Shown piece after piece: positions 36,034 to 44,879 of a stretch of 64,000 nt of DNA. The position numbers were made by a program, and so were the translations under genes. How positions within the stretch are numbered: the first letter of the stretch is position 1; every line of letters starts with the position of its first letter. The notes beneath the pieces are model-generated. The model was not told the origin of the DNA. It was given only the letters and a program-made list of their open reading frames with translations, and searched no databases. The DNA is from a virus: the IMG/VR virus record IMGVR_UViG_3300035698_019443, positions 32,001 through 96,000 of that record, one strand, 5' to 3'.

Positions 36034-37121
36034 TTCGACTCCTTAGTCACGGAGTAGATGCCGTATGCGGCAGCCGCCGCCCCACCAAGCCACATGAGCG
36101 GATGGTCCTCGATGGACTGCATGATCTTGTCCTGTAGCGTTGGCTCCTCGACGTCGGGCGTCTCATCCTCGTCGAGCAGCGGCTCGTCGTCCGACAAGAT
36201 CGGGTCTTCGTCAGGGAGCTCGTCTTCGTCGGGGAGCTCGTCTTCGTCGGGGAGCTCGTCTTCCGTGGGCTCGTCGCCATCCTCCGCGGCGAGGTCAATG
36301 ACGAGGGACGTGTTCGTCGTCTTGCCGGTCTTCCTCGTGGTCTGCCCGCCGAAGATGTCTTGGTCCGTGCTCGTTCCACCGATCCGCCCCCCCTTGCCAC
36401 TCGCCGTCTGGCCCGCCTCGATCTCGGTGAGCAAGGTCCGCCCTCCACGGGCGTAGTTACCGAGGTTGAAGTTGAATACACTTGCTGTCCACGCCGTCGG
36501 CTTCGGCCCCGCGAGCATGCGCTCGGCGGCTATGACTGCGATGCGGAACTGAGGGAGCAGCGTTGAGACGAGGCTCGAGTTGCCACTCTTCACAGCCGCC
36601 TCTATCCGCCCCTGCAACATGACCAGGCGACCCTTCACGAGATTGACCGCTGCGATCGTTGGGGCTGCCGAAGCAGCGACGAACGGGGCTTTCTTTGTAC
36701 CGTGCTTGCCGAGGAACTGCTCTCTTGCGATCGCCATCGAAGCCGTGCCTGCGGTCCTCACGGTTCCCGCCCCAACGGCTGCTCCCTTAGCTCGCTGCTC
36801 GGCGAGGAAATCAAAGAGCTGGAAGTGCCGCAGCGGGATGAGGTAGGACCCACCCTGGCTGCCCGCCGGGAGCGACGGGGGGTAGTACTGCCCTGCGCCT
36901 TTGTACCCAAGGCGGTAGATATTTGCGAGCAGGCCAGCGTTCAGGTTCAGCCGGTTGAGCAGCGTCTTCGCGACGTCAGACACACGTCGCCCTGCCACGG
37001 TGTTCGGGGCCGCGGCTCTGATCGCCCCCAGGTCCGTCACGTTCTGGGCGTACTGCTCGGGGCGGTACACCGTAACCGCGATGTTGTTGATCATCCCCGT
37101 CTGGGGTGCGACTTGGCCCAT
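36030..37121 (-). CDS. C-terminally anchored membrane protein with acidic DEDELP repeats
   Basis: ends PLMWLGGAAAAAYGIYSVTKESK. Confidence 0.7.
   Translation of the reverse strand: MGQVAPQTGMINNIAVTVYRPEQYAQNVTDLGAIRAAAPNTVAGRRVSDVAKTLLNRLNLNAGLLANIYRLGYKGAGQYYPPSLPAGSQGGSYLIPLRHFQLFDFLAEQRAKGAAVGAGTVRTAGTASMAIAREQFLGKHGTKKAPFVAASAAPTIAAVNLVKGRLVMLQGRIEAAVKSGNSSLVSTLLPQFRIAVIAAERMLAGPKPTAWTASVFNFNLGNYARGGRTLLTEIEAGQTASGKGGRIGGTSTDQDIFGGQTTRKTGKTTNTSLVIDLAAEDGDEPTEDELPDEDELPDEDELPDEDPILSDDEPLLDEDETPDVEEPTLQDKIMQSIEDHPLMWLGGAAAAAYGIYSVTKESK
36205..36263. repeat. 18-bp tandem repeat x3 (TCTTCGTCRGGGAGCTCG), coding DEDELP
   Basis: read directly from the sequence. Confidence 0.85.
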
Positions 37122-37124
37122 GGT

Positions 37125-38045
37125 CTACTCTCCTTTTCCGCGGGACACGAGCCAACCGACGCCGACTGCCGCGGCAGCCCACATGAGGGGGTTCGCTTGA
37201 ATCGACGCCGTGATCTTCTCCATCAACGTCGGGGGCACGACGATCGGCGGCAGCACGATAATCGGCTCGGGGACGACGGGGGGCTCGGGGTAGACTTCTG
37301 GCGGGTCCAGCTGCGCCTCTTCCTCCTCGTCGAGTATCTGTTGCTCGGTGACCTTGGGGTCCTCGGCCTGGGCCGCGAGCTGCGCCGCGATCTTCGCCTC
37401 CTCTACTCGTTTGTCCGCCGCGGCCTTCGCCTCCGCGAGCTTGTCGGCTGCGGCCTTCGCCTCAGCGATCTTCGCCGCCGCTTCCCGATCTGCCTTGGCC
37501 TTCGCCGCGGCGCTCACCCGTGCCGCCGCGATATCTGTGGCAGCCTTCGCCGCGACTTGCGCCACGTAGAGTTTCTCCTGCGCGTCCTTCGCCGCTGCCT
37601 CCTGTGCGAGCTTGGCGTCCTTCGCTGCGCTGATACGCGCTTGCAGCTCACGTTGTCGAGCGAGATCCGCCGCAGCCTTCGCGTCTAGCGCCCGCTGTGC
37701 CACCGCGCTCTGCTCCATTAGAGTCTTCGCATGAAGCGCGGTCTGCTCCGCAGCCTTCGCCGTGGCCTCTTGCACCTCGGCGGCTTTCGCTGCGACGAGC
37801 GCCGCCTCTTTCGCGGCGAGGTCTGCCTTCGCTGCGATCGACGTCCGCACCGCGAGCTCCTGCGTCCGTGTCAACGAGGCCGCAGGGGCGAGCGGCGAGA
37901 CGGGGACGTACTTCACTGCCTTCTCGGCGAGCGCCTCCTTCTGGACGGCGACGATCTTGGCGACGACGAGCTCTCCCTTGACAGTGGCAATAGAGGGCAC
38001 GATAGGCGCGACCGGCACAAAGGGCTTCGCGTAGTAGTTGATCAC
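37125..38045 (-). CDS. Ala/Lys-rich coiled-coil protein with C-terminal anchor
   Basis: long AAK/AE helix, Pro-rich linker, PLMWAAAAVGVGWLV. Confidence 0.7.
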   Translation of the reverse strand: MINYYAKPFVPVAPIVPSIATVKGELVVAKIVAVQKEALAEKAVKYVPVSPLAPAASLTRTQELAVRTSIAAKADLAAKEAALVAAKAAEVQEATAKAAEQTALHAKTLMEQSAVAQRALDAKAAADLARQRELQARISAAKDAKLAQEAAAKDAQEKLYVAQVAAKAATDIAAARVSAAAKAKADREAAAKIAEAKAAADKLAEAKAAADKRVEEAKIAAQLAAQAEDPKVTEQQILDEEEEAQLDPPEVYPEPPVVPEPIIVLPPIVVPPTLMEKITASIQANPLMWAAAAVGVGWLVSRGKGE

Positions 38046-38453
38046 AATTCCTCCCGAATGCCCTTCTGGCTCACGTAGATCAGCACGCCGCCGATGATGA
38101 CCGCCGCGCCGGCGATGTAGGTGATCGGCTTACTCGTGATCGGGCCGGCGGGGTTGAGCCACGCGACGATGCCCGTCGGGGTCGGCGGATAGTCGGTGTT
38201 GCCGCCGCCACCACCCGTGATCTCCACCCCAGAGGCGACGATGTTCTCGAGCTGTGTAGTCGCGTCGCTGACGGCGACGATGAGGGCGTCCCACGTCGCG
38301 TCGACAATACCTGGCGTGCGCCCTGCGGCGAAGACCGCCGAGGCCTGCGCGAGGCTCGCCGCAGTCTGGTCAATGAGCGGACCATGCGTCGGTTGCTGCA
38401 CGAGTACTGCTGTTTGGAGAGCGAGCCTCTGCGCCAACCCTCGGAGTTCACGA

Positions 38454-38461
<8 letters not shown>
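38042..38461 (-). CDS. C-terminally anchored membrane protein
   Basis: start MTDREL; ends YIAGAAVIIGGVLIYVSQKG. Confidence 0.65.
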
Positions 38462-39017
<556 letters not shown>

Positions 39018-39521
39018 CTACTTTACCTTTCGGGCACGCCGCGCCATGGAAGCGGTGCGTGGCCCTGCGACTGGGTCGATGATTACTGGTTGTTTGTGCT
39101 GGTCGAGGGCGACTGCGAAGACGTGCGTGAAGGAGCCTTTCTCCTTGAATGCGACGCGGACGATCTTGCACTGGATGCCGATGGTCCGCAGGGCAGCGAC
39201 GAGGAAGACCGTCGCGTCGTCACAGTCGCCTACGAAGCGTCCAGTGCGTTGGATCGCCTCGATGACCGCCTCGGGGTCGCGAACGAGCTCGACGTCCCTA
39301 GGGTCTGGGAGAAAGGTGTAGCGCCGATTGAACCAGTCGTAGACCGCTGCGATCTGCGAGAGCTTGTCGCGATCGCGCACATGCCGAACGATGTCCTCGA
39401 CGAGGTTTCGTAGTCGAAGTGACTGCTCCCCACGCGGAGATTGCACGAGTTTCTCCATCTCGTCGACCGTTCTTTGTGTGCCCTGATACTGGACTGTTTT
39501 GTGCGGGGGAAGCTGAGCCAT
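39018..39521 (-). CDS. transglutaminase-like cysteine protease
   Basis: GDCDD (Cys), FTHVF (His), IIDP (Asp) in papain/transglutaminase order. Confidence 0.85.
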   Translation of the reverse strand: MAQLPPHKTVQYQGTQRTVDEMEKLVQSPRGEQSLRLRNLVEDIVRHVRDRDKLSQIAAVYDWFNRRYTFLPDPRDVELVRDPEAVIEAIQRTGRFVGDCDDATVFLVAALRTIGIQCKIVRVAFKEKGSFTHVFAVALDQHKQPVIIDPVAGPRTASMARRARKVK

Positions 39522-39534
39522 GAGTACGATTGTA

Positions 39535-39876
39535 CTACGAGAGAATACTAGTTGCGAGTGAGGCCCCGCCGAAGGTCCCGTGCCAGAAGATGCCGCCGTC
39601 ACGGGCGGCTTCGTCCTCAACGAGCGAGGGACCGACGCCTGGATCGCCGCCGTTGTCCTCGAGCTCAAGCGAGGTGCCGATCTCGATGGGCGGAGCGAAA
39701 GCAGCCTGCGGCACTGCGACCTGCGTTGGCGCCGTCGAGGAGGCCAACGTCGCGAGGACCCCGACCGTCAGTCCGATCACGGCGCCGTTCGTCGTGTCCT
39801 TCTTCAGGAGCTTCGCGCCAACCGCACCCGCAGCCCCGGCCAGTCCAATGTAATACAACGTGCTAGCTAAACTCAT
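39535..39876 (-). CDS. small membrane protein
   Basis: two N-terminal hydrophobic segments. Confidence 0.55.
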   Translation of the reverse strand: MSLASTLYYIGLAGAAGAVGAKLLKKDTTNGAVIGLTVGVLATLASSTAPTQVAVPQAAFAPPIEIGTSLELEDNGGDPGVGPSLVEDEAARDGGIFWHGTFGGASLATSILS

Positions 39877-39894
39877 GCGTAGAACCTTTCCCTT

Positions 39895-40281
39895 CTATCC
39901 TCTTATTGGCGATTGCGTCGCGAACCACACACTCATTAGCTCTCGTTCTCTTGCGGCAAACTCTGCCGCCGTATACGCACCTTCGCTGCGGCTTCTCCCT
40001 GCTTCTTCCGCAAGAACCCGACGGCGTACCAAAGCTCGTTGTTCCTCCTCACCGGGGAGTAACGGTAGGACCATGACTCCGCCCGTGATCCCGCCGTTCG
40101 ATGTGGGCGCCGTCGAAGGAGCACCGCCGCCGTCCATCGTGCGAGGCGTCGTGGGCCGCAAGAGGACAGACCCCCCACTAAGCACGGCTGCGAGCGCCTT
40201 CAGTTCCGGTTTCTTGGTGAGAAGCCCGACAAAGAGGTAGCTCGCTGCAGCTGCGAACCCTGCCTTGAGTACTTGGCTCAT
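39895..40281 (-). CDS. small membrane protein
   Basis: start MSQVLKAG; two hydrophobic segments. Confidence 0.5.
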   Translation of the reverse strand: MSQVLKAGFAAAASYLFVGLLTKKPELKALAAVLSGGSVLLRPTTPRTMDGGGAPSTAPTSNGGITGGVMVLPLLPGEEEQRALVRRRVLAEEAGRSRSEGAYTAAEFAARERELMSVWFATQSPIRG

Positions 40282-40439
40282 GCTCTTACTCCTGGTACGA
40301 GCCCCGAGGTGAGAGCGAGGAGCCCGAGAGCTCCAATCCCTGCGCCTGCGATCGGACTCTGCTCGATTGTGTGTGCGAGAACCGCCCCTGCGCCAGCGGC
40401 GGCAAGGAGCAACCAGAAAGATCCGCTCGTTGGACTCAT
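40278..40439 (-). CDS. two-TM microprotein
   Basis: MSPTSGSFWLLLAAAGAG...; coupled start/stop overlaps. Confidence 0.5.
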   Translation of the reverse strand: MSPTSGSFWLLLAAAGAGAVLAHTIEQSPIAGAGIGALGLLALTSGLVPGVRA

Positions 40440-40726
40440 ATTGACTCCTTCGCCCCAACGCTCGCCCGGTACGCTGCCATCGTGGCTTGGCTCTCTTCCC
40501 ACGACGCGGGGGGCGGCGTCTGCGGTAGCCAGCTCGTCATAGCTGCGATCTCGGCGTCCTGCTCGGCGGGCGTTCGCAGACTGAACGCGAGTTGTCCAAG
40601 GCCCGCCGCAGCCCCAACGCCATACTGCACCATTTGATTATCGGTGAACTTTCCCACGAGCCACCAAGTCGAGTGCCCCGTGAAATACGCGAGGAGCAGC
40701 TTGAGCGGGAGGTCCAGACTACTCAT
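40436..40726 (-). CDS. small membrane protein
   Basis: start MSSLDLP; coupled overlaps. Confidence 0.5.
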   Translation of the reverse strand: MSSLDLPLKLLLAYFTGHSTWWLVGKFTDNQMVQYGVGAAAGLGQLAFSLRTPAEQDAEIAAMTSWLPQTPPPASWEESQATMAAYRASVGAKESI

Positions 40727-41118
40727 ATCGTGTCCCCGTTGTCCCCGCCGTCGTCGTTGATCAGGGAGAGGGCGATGGCAGCGGCGTCGTCGACGGCGTC
40801 CCCAACGGCGCCCGTCGCTTTGTCGACGAGGGTGTTGGCGACGACCGCGGCGCTCTGGTCGACGGCGTACTTCGCGCCGATGCCCAGGAGAGCTCCGACG
40901 ATCGCTCCGGTGACAGCGCTTCGCCCTGTGATGAACGCGAGGAGCCCTGTCGCGCCGGCGCCGATGCCAGCCCACTTCGCCGACTCCGCGTAGTTTGGTG
41001 GAGTGTCCAGCCCGAGGGGGTAGCGGACGACAGCATAGTCAATGGGGGCGACTCGCCCGTTGCGAGAAACCTGTACGCGTTGGTTGTTTGTGCCGTAGGG
41101 GTAACGGGGAGTTCTCAT
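40723..41118 (-). CDS. membrane protein
   Basis: two Gly-rich TMs; TATCCT box 6 nt upstream. Confidence 0.6.
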   Translation of the reverse strand: MRTPRYPYGTNNQRVQVSRNGRVAPIDYAVVRYPLGLDTPPNYAESAKWAGIGAGATGLLAFITGRSAVTGAIVGALLGIGAKYAVDQSAAVVANTLVDKATGAVGDAVDDAAAIALSLINDDGGDNGDTI

Positions 41119-41163
41119 AGATCGAGGATACTAGGCTCAGATCGAGACTGCAAACGGGCGGAG

Positions 41164-41661
41164 TCAGCCCTCCTCTTCGAACTCCAGCTCGTCGGGTCGG
41201 GCGAACAGCTCCCACTCGACCTCCCACCATTCCTCGCCGTCTTCCTCGATCTGCTCCCCCTTCGAGTCCTCGATCATCGCCTCGGGGTCTGCGTTCTCTG
41301 GATCGATCCACTCCGAGCCGTCCCACAAGTAGAGCTCCTCTGGCGGCACGCTGTTACGCGTCTTCCAAGCGTCAGCCAGCGCATCGCGGGTGCCCTCGGT
41401 GTCCTTCTCCGCAGTGATGAGGTCTCGATCGAAGGCCAAGACGACAGGCACCCACCCCTCCTCTGGGTTGTCAGTGTTCGCCTCGGCGTGCTGCTCGAGC
41501 TTGTTGGCCCAGTAGGCGACCGCCTCGAACTCCGTCACAAAGAGCCAGCCCTCGCTGTAGGTTGCGTACCCGCCGCCAAAGGTCTGCCCCGCGCCGGGAA
41601 TGAGCCCGTGCGCTCGGATATTGGCAAGACGGTGTAGGTAGGTAACGTGATAGACCGGCAT
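41164..41661 (-). CDS. ADP-ribosyltransferase-fold protein (Tpt1/DarT/DUF952-like)
   Basis: VYHVT...LANIRAHGLIP...LFVT...VPPEEL. Confidence 0.6.
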   Translation of the reverse strand: MPVYHVTYLHRLANIRAHGLIPGAGQTFGGGYATYSEGWLFVTEFEAVAYWANKLEQHAEANTDNPEEGWVPVVLAFDRDLITAEKDTEGTRDALADAWKTRNSVPPEELYLWDGSEWIDPENADPEAMIEDSKGEQIEEDGEEWWEVEWELFARPDELEFEEEG

Positions 41662-41725
41662 GGGACGAGTGTATCAGGGCTCCCGTGCGGGTGGAAGCTC
41701 GGCGGGCGTCATTAGCGCAGGTGCC

Positions 41726-42028
41726 TCATAGCCCCACGAGCTCTCGCCCGCCGTTCACCGCGTCCTCGGTGATGCGAACCCCTGGAACGAAAGAGAGAGC
41801 CTCGGCCACGGCGTAGCTCCCGTCGGGGTTCTTCTGCTGCGTCGTGATCTGCACGAGACAACCCACACCGGGGATCTCCATCGCCTTCGTCGACTTCATC
41901 CAACCCTCGTCCTCGGATGACGCCTTGCACAAGAGCCGAAACATATCCCCGTCGCCGAAGACCTTGATGTCCTTCACATTGACCCTGGCTTGCGAAACAG
42001 TGCTGTTGTGTAGTGTCTTTTCACACAT
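41726..42028 (-). CDS. phage hypothetical protein
   Basis: KSTKAMEIPGVGCLVQITTQQ...AEALSFVPG; AAGGA RBS. Confidence 0.65.
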   Translation of the reverse strand: MCEKTLHNSTVSQARVNVKDIKVFGDGDMFRLLCKASSEDEGWMKSTKAMEIPGVGCLVQITTQQKNPDGSYAVAEALSFVPGVRITEDAVNGGRELVGL

Positions 42029-42046
42029 GCTGGTCCTTCTTTCCTT

Positions 42047-42400
42047 CTATTCAAAGAGCCCAATGAACTCGTGGACGCAGGAGACGCCGGGGCAGGCGAC
42101 GACGAGGAGTCCCGTCCCGTCCATGATCCCCTCGTCGTCCGTGTAGGCAGTCGTCTCGAAGATGATTGAGCAGAACGGGTCGGGGTTGCCCTCATCGCGG
42201 ATCAGAAACTCCCCACACTCGCCTCCATCGAAAGCCACTGTCCACTCCCCCTCGGCGGCGGAGTAGATGCTCTCGTCGCACGAGCCGTGCGTCGCTGTCC
42301 AGGTGACGGCGTACTCACCTTCCGGCGTGTAGCACTCGTCAATAGGGTCTCCGACGCAAGCCCCGAGAAGCAGCGTGAGGCCGAGCAGTAGATACCTCAT
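42047..42400 (-). CDS. predicted lipoprotein
   Basis: MRYLLLGLTLLLGAC lipobox; Cys-rich mature part. Confidence 0.7.
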   Translation of the reverse strand: MRYLLLGLTLLLGACVGDPIDECYTPEGEYAVTWTATHGSCDESIYSAAEGEWTVAFDGGECGEFLIRDEGNPDPFCSIIFETTAYTDDEGIMDGTGLLVVACPGVSCVHEFIGLFE

Positions 42401-42696
42401 GGCGTCCCCCTTGTGGCGAGCAGCTCGACGATGGCGCAGAGCGCCTCGTTGTTGATGGACAGCGGCGACTCAGACCACAGCTCGTGAAGGCTTGCGGCCT
42501 TCAATGAGAGCGCAACGCCGCCGGGTGTCGCGCCAAACATCGCCCACGCCTCGTCAGCCCGCATGCGGCGTAGGGTGTAGGTGCCAGAATAGGAGCTCAC
42601 GATACTAAACTCCTCGACGCCGATCGACTCCCCAACGAACTTCACGAGGTCTTCGCCGCTTGCCACGGCGCGCACGCCCTCTACTACCTCAACCAT
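42397..42696 (-). CDS. hypothetical protein
   Basis: 99 aa, GAGGAGG RBS, coupled. Confidence 0.55.
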   Translation of the reverse strand: MVEVVEGVRAVASGEDLVKFVGESIGVEEFSIVSSYSGTYTLRRMRADEAWAMFGATPGGVALSLKAASLHELWSESPLSINNEALCAIVELLATRGTP

Positions 42697-43048
42697 GGTC
42701 GTCCTCCTCTATACCGATAAGTTCGATCAGCCGATCGGCCACGCGCCTCGCTCCGCCCCGGTACATCTCCACCGCGAGCCGCAGGAGCTCGATGCGTTGG
42801 ACCGATACGCACCCAAGTCTGAGGAGGGGGTCGACGGAGACGAGCGGCGTCGGTGCGTCCTGTGGGGCGAAGCGCAACTCGGCGAGTCGCGTCCTCCCTT
42901 TGGGGGTTAGCTTCCACGCATTCGACTTGAGGGTAAGGCAACACAACTCCGCGTCGTGCGCCTCGTGGCATATTCCGCCCTTTTTGTGACTGCGTACCAC
43001 GTCGAGGCTCGACAGAAAGTCCAACAGCTTCTGGTCTTTGTCAGTCAC
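42689..43048 (-). CDS. hypothetical protein
   Basis: coupled ORF; WKLTPKGR wing-like motif. Confidence 0.45.
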   Translation of the reverse strand: MTDKDQKLLDFLSSLDVVRSHKKGGICHEAHDAELCCLTLKSNAWKLTPKGRTRLAELRFAPQDAPTPLVSVDPLLRLGCVSVQRIELLRLAVEMYRGGARRVADRLIELIGIEEDDHG

Positions 43049-43325
43049 TGTCGTCACCCCTTGCGTTGATCGTCCGGTGGAGTTGCTCGATACGGTGGTC
43101 ATGCTCGAGGCGCCCGTCCTCGAGATGTCGAATCTCGGCCTCCAGGGACGTGACCTGGAGCACGGACGCATCGACGTACCCCTGTCGGTCTACCAACTCG
43201 CGCTCGGCTCGGCCAAGATCATCTCGGGCGCTCTCTAGTTCCTTGAATGCCTTGGCGCGGTTGCCCTCTTCTTCCGAGAGCACCAGCTCCAGTCCGCGGA
43301 CGATGAATTCTTCCTCTTTGTTCAT
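43041..43325 (-). CDS. coiled-coil hypothetical protein
   Basis: heptad-rich 94 aa. Confidence 0.55.
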   Translation of the reverse strand: MNKEEEFIVRGLELVLSEEEGNRAKAFKELESARDDLGRAERELVDRQGYVDASVLQVTSLEAEIRHLEDGRLEHDHRIEQLHRTINARGDDSD

Positions 43326-43335
43326 GTCTTGCCTT

Positions 43336-43890
43336 TCAGGGCCATTGTTTGCCGCCGATCAGATCGTAGAACCGGCGGGCGTTCTTTGTCGATTTGTGAG
43401 CTCTCGCCCACTCTTCCGTCATACACTGTGAGGACCCGTAGCTCCCCAGCCATCGCCAGGTCGACCCACCGCAGCGATCTCTCGAGTAGGCAAGGAACGC
43501 CGCCCCGGTATAGATCTGGCACTCCGCTCCCTCAAGCGCCTTCGTGCAGTACCCTGGGCGGAAGTTCAGGGCGACCCCGTGCGTCTGCATGAGACCGATC
43601 TCGAAGCGCGGCTCTGGGCCAACGGCGAACTCGTCGAGGTTCGACTCACGCTTGGCAATCGCAACGAGCAGGAGAGGGTCGAGGTGGTTCTCTTCCCCCG
43701 CCAAGTTGAAGAGCTTCGCGAGCCGAAGCGCTTCTACATCGCCGTGCGCTGGTTGGAGTGTTTGGATCGCCGCGGCGGTCTCGGCGGCGTCTTCGTCGCC
43801 ATCCCCGTAAGCTCGTAGCGCCGTCAGGAGAATAGCAACGAAGAGCACCGCCATGACCAAAAGGGTGTCGCGTGTGTCAGGTGATATCAT
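43336..43890 (-). CDS. lytic transglycosylase (SLT domain) with N-terminal TM
   Basis: LLVAIAKRESN (catalytic Glu), IGLMQ, GAAFL, LGSYG. Confidence 0.88.
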   Translation of the reverse strand: MISPDTRDTLLVMAVLFVAILLTALRAYGDGDEDAAETAAAIQTLQPAHGDVEALRLAKLFNLAGEENHLDPLLLVAIAKRESNLDEFAVGPEPRFEIGLMQTHGVALNFRPGYCTKALEGAECQIYTGAAFLAYSRDRCGGSTWRWLGSYGSSQCMTEEWARAHKSTKNARRFYDLIGGKQWP

Positions 43891-44067
43891 TCCCCCGTCT
43901 TCGCACGTTCCTGCCGTTTACGCAAGACCTCGCCCCCTCGCACCTTGTCGGCGTTCACGCACTCGCCGGCGTCGTCACGGATGGGCATCTGCCGCGTCCG
44001 CTCTTCGTAGATCTCAGTCGCGATATTCGACTGTTGGACGACGCGGGGCACTTCGACGCGCTTCTGC

Positions 44068-44505
44068 TTACCCCTCTTTCGGCTCATCTTCGACCTCCTC
44101 CTCCTTGTGGTCCTCGTAGACCGCCGAGGCGTAGTCAACGACGTCCGCCCACACCGTGTCGAGCCTCTGGTCGAACGCCACCAGATCATATAAGCCCAAC
44201 GTCAGCGCAGGCCCCTCGGGTGGCGAAAGTGCGGCGATCAACGTAAACAGGCTCTTCTGCCGCGAAGTTAGCTCCGCGTCAATTGCCGCCGACTCGAATG
44301 CCGGCGCCACCTTCGCTGGCGCGGGGCCGAAGTTCATCGCCTTCAATCCCTCGAACGCCACCTTCCCCACATCCATCAGTCGTACGGCGTCCTTTGTCGG
44401 GACCGTCGAGTCCAGGTGGAACGTGGTCTCCTCTTCCCCCACTTCGACCGAGATGTCGGCTTTGGTGCCGTTGCCCTCGTGCTTCAAGATAATTGACGTT
44501 CCCAC
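44068..44505 (-). CDS. hypothetical protein
   Basis: 145-aa ORF in an operon-like run. Confidence 0.55.
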   Translation of the reverse strand: MGTSIILKHEGNGTKADISVEVGEEETTFHLDSTVPTKDAVRLMDVGKVAFEGLKAMNFGPAPAKVAPAFESAAIDAELTSRQKSLFTLIAALSPPEGPALTLGLYDLVAFDQRLDTVWADVVDYASAVYEDHKEEEVEDEPKEG

Positions 44506-44508
44506 TCT

Positions 44509-44877
44509 CTACTCCTTCCCTTTCTCGTCCGTTTTCTTCGGCAACGGGGCGTTCTCTCGCACCCACGCGGCGATCTCTTCTAGGCGGCAAGCAAAGTCCT
44601 CGACGTCGCCTTGGTACCTCTGGAGAGCCTCCTCTGTCGGCTCAGACCCGCACTCGGCAACAACGGGGTTTGCCGAGACGGTCATCCCGACTTTTCGGTT
44701 GCCGCTGTCAGACCGAACAACCGACACCTCGAAGCACTGGTTGTCCCCCCGAACAAACCCGAGGACGTCAACGCGTGACTCTACCCGCTTCGTCTCCGTG
44801 TCGCACGGACACCGCGTTCCGAGCGCGCGGCCTACGCTGTCCCTAAGAAGTTTGACCTCTTCGACCTCTGTACTCAT
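44509..44877 (-). CDS. hypothetical protein
   Basis: 122-aa ORF in an operon-like run. Confidence 0.55.
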   Translation of the reverse strand: MSTEVEEVKLLRDSVGRALGTRCPCDTETKRVESRVDVLGFVRGDNQCFEVSVVRSDSGNRKVGMTVSANPVVAECGSEPTEEALQRYQGDVEDFACRLEEIAAWVRENAPLPKKTDEKGKE

Positions 44878-44879
44878 CT

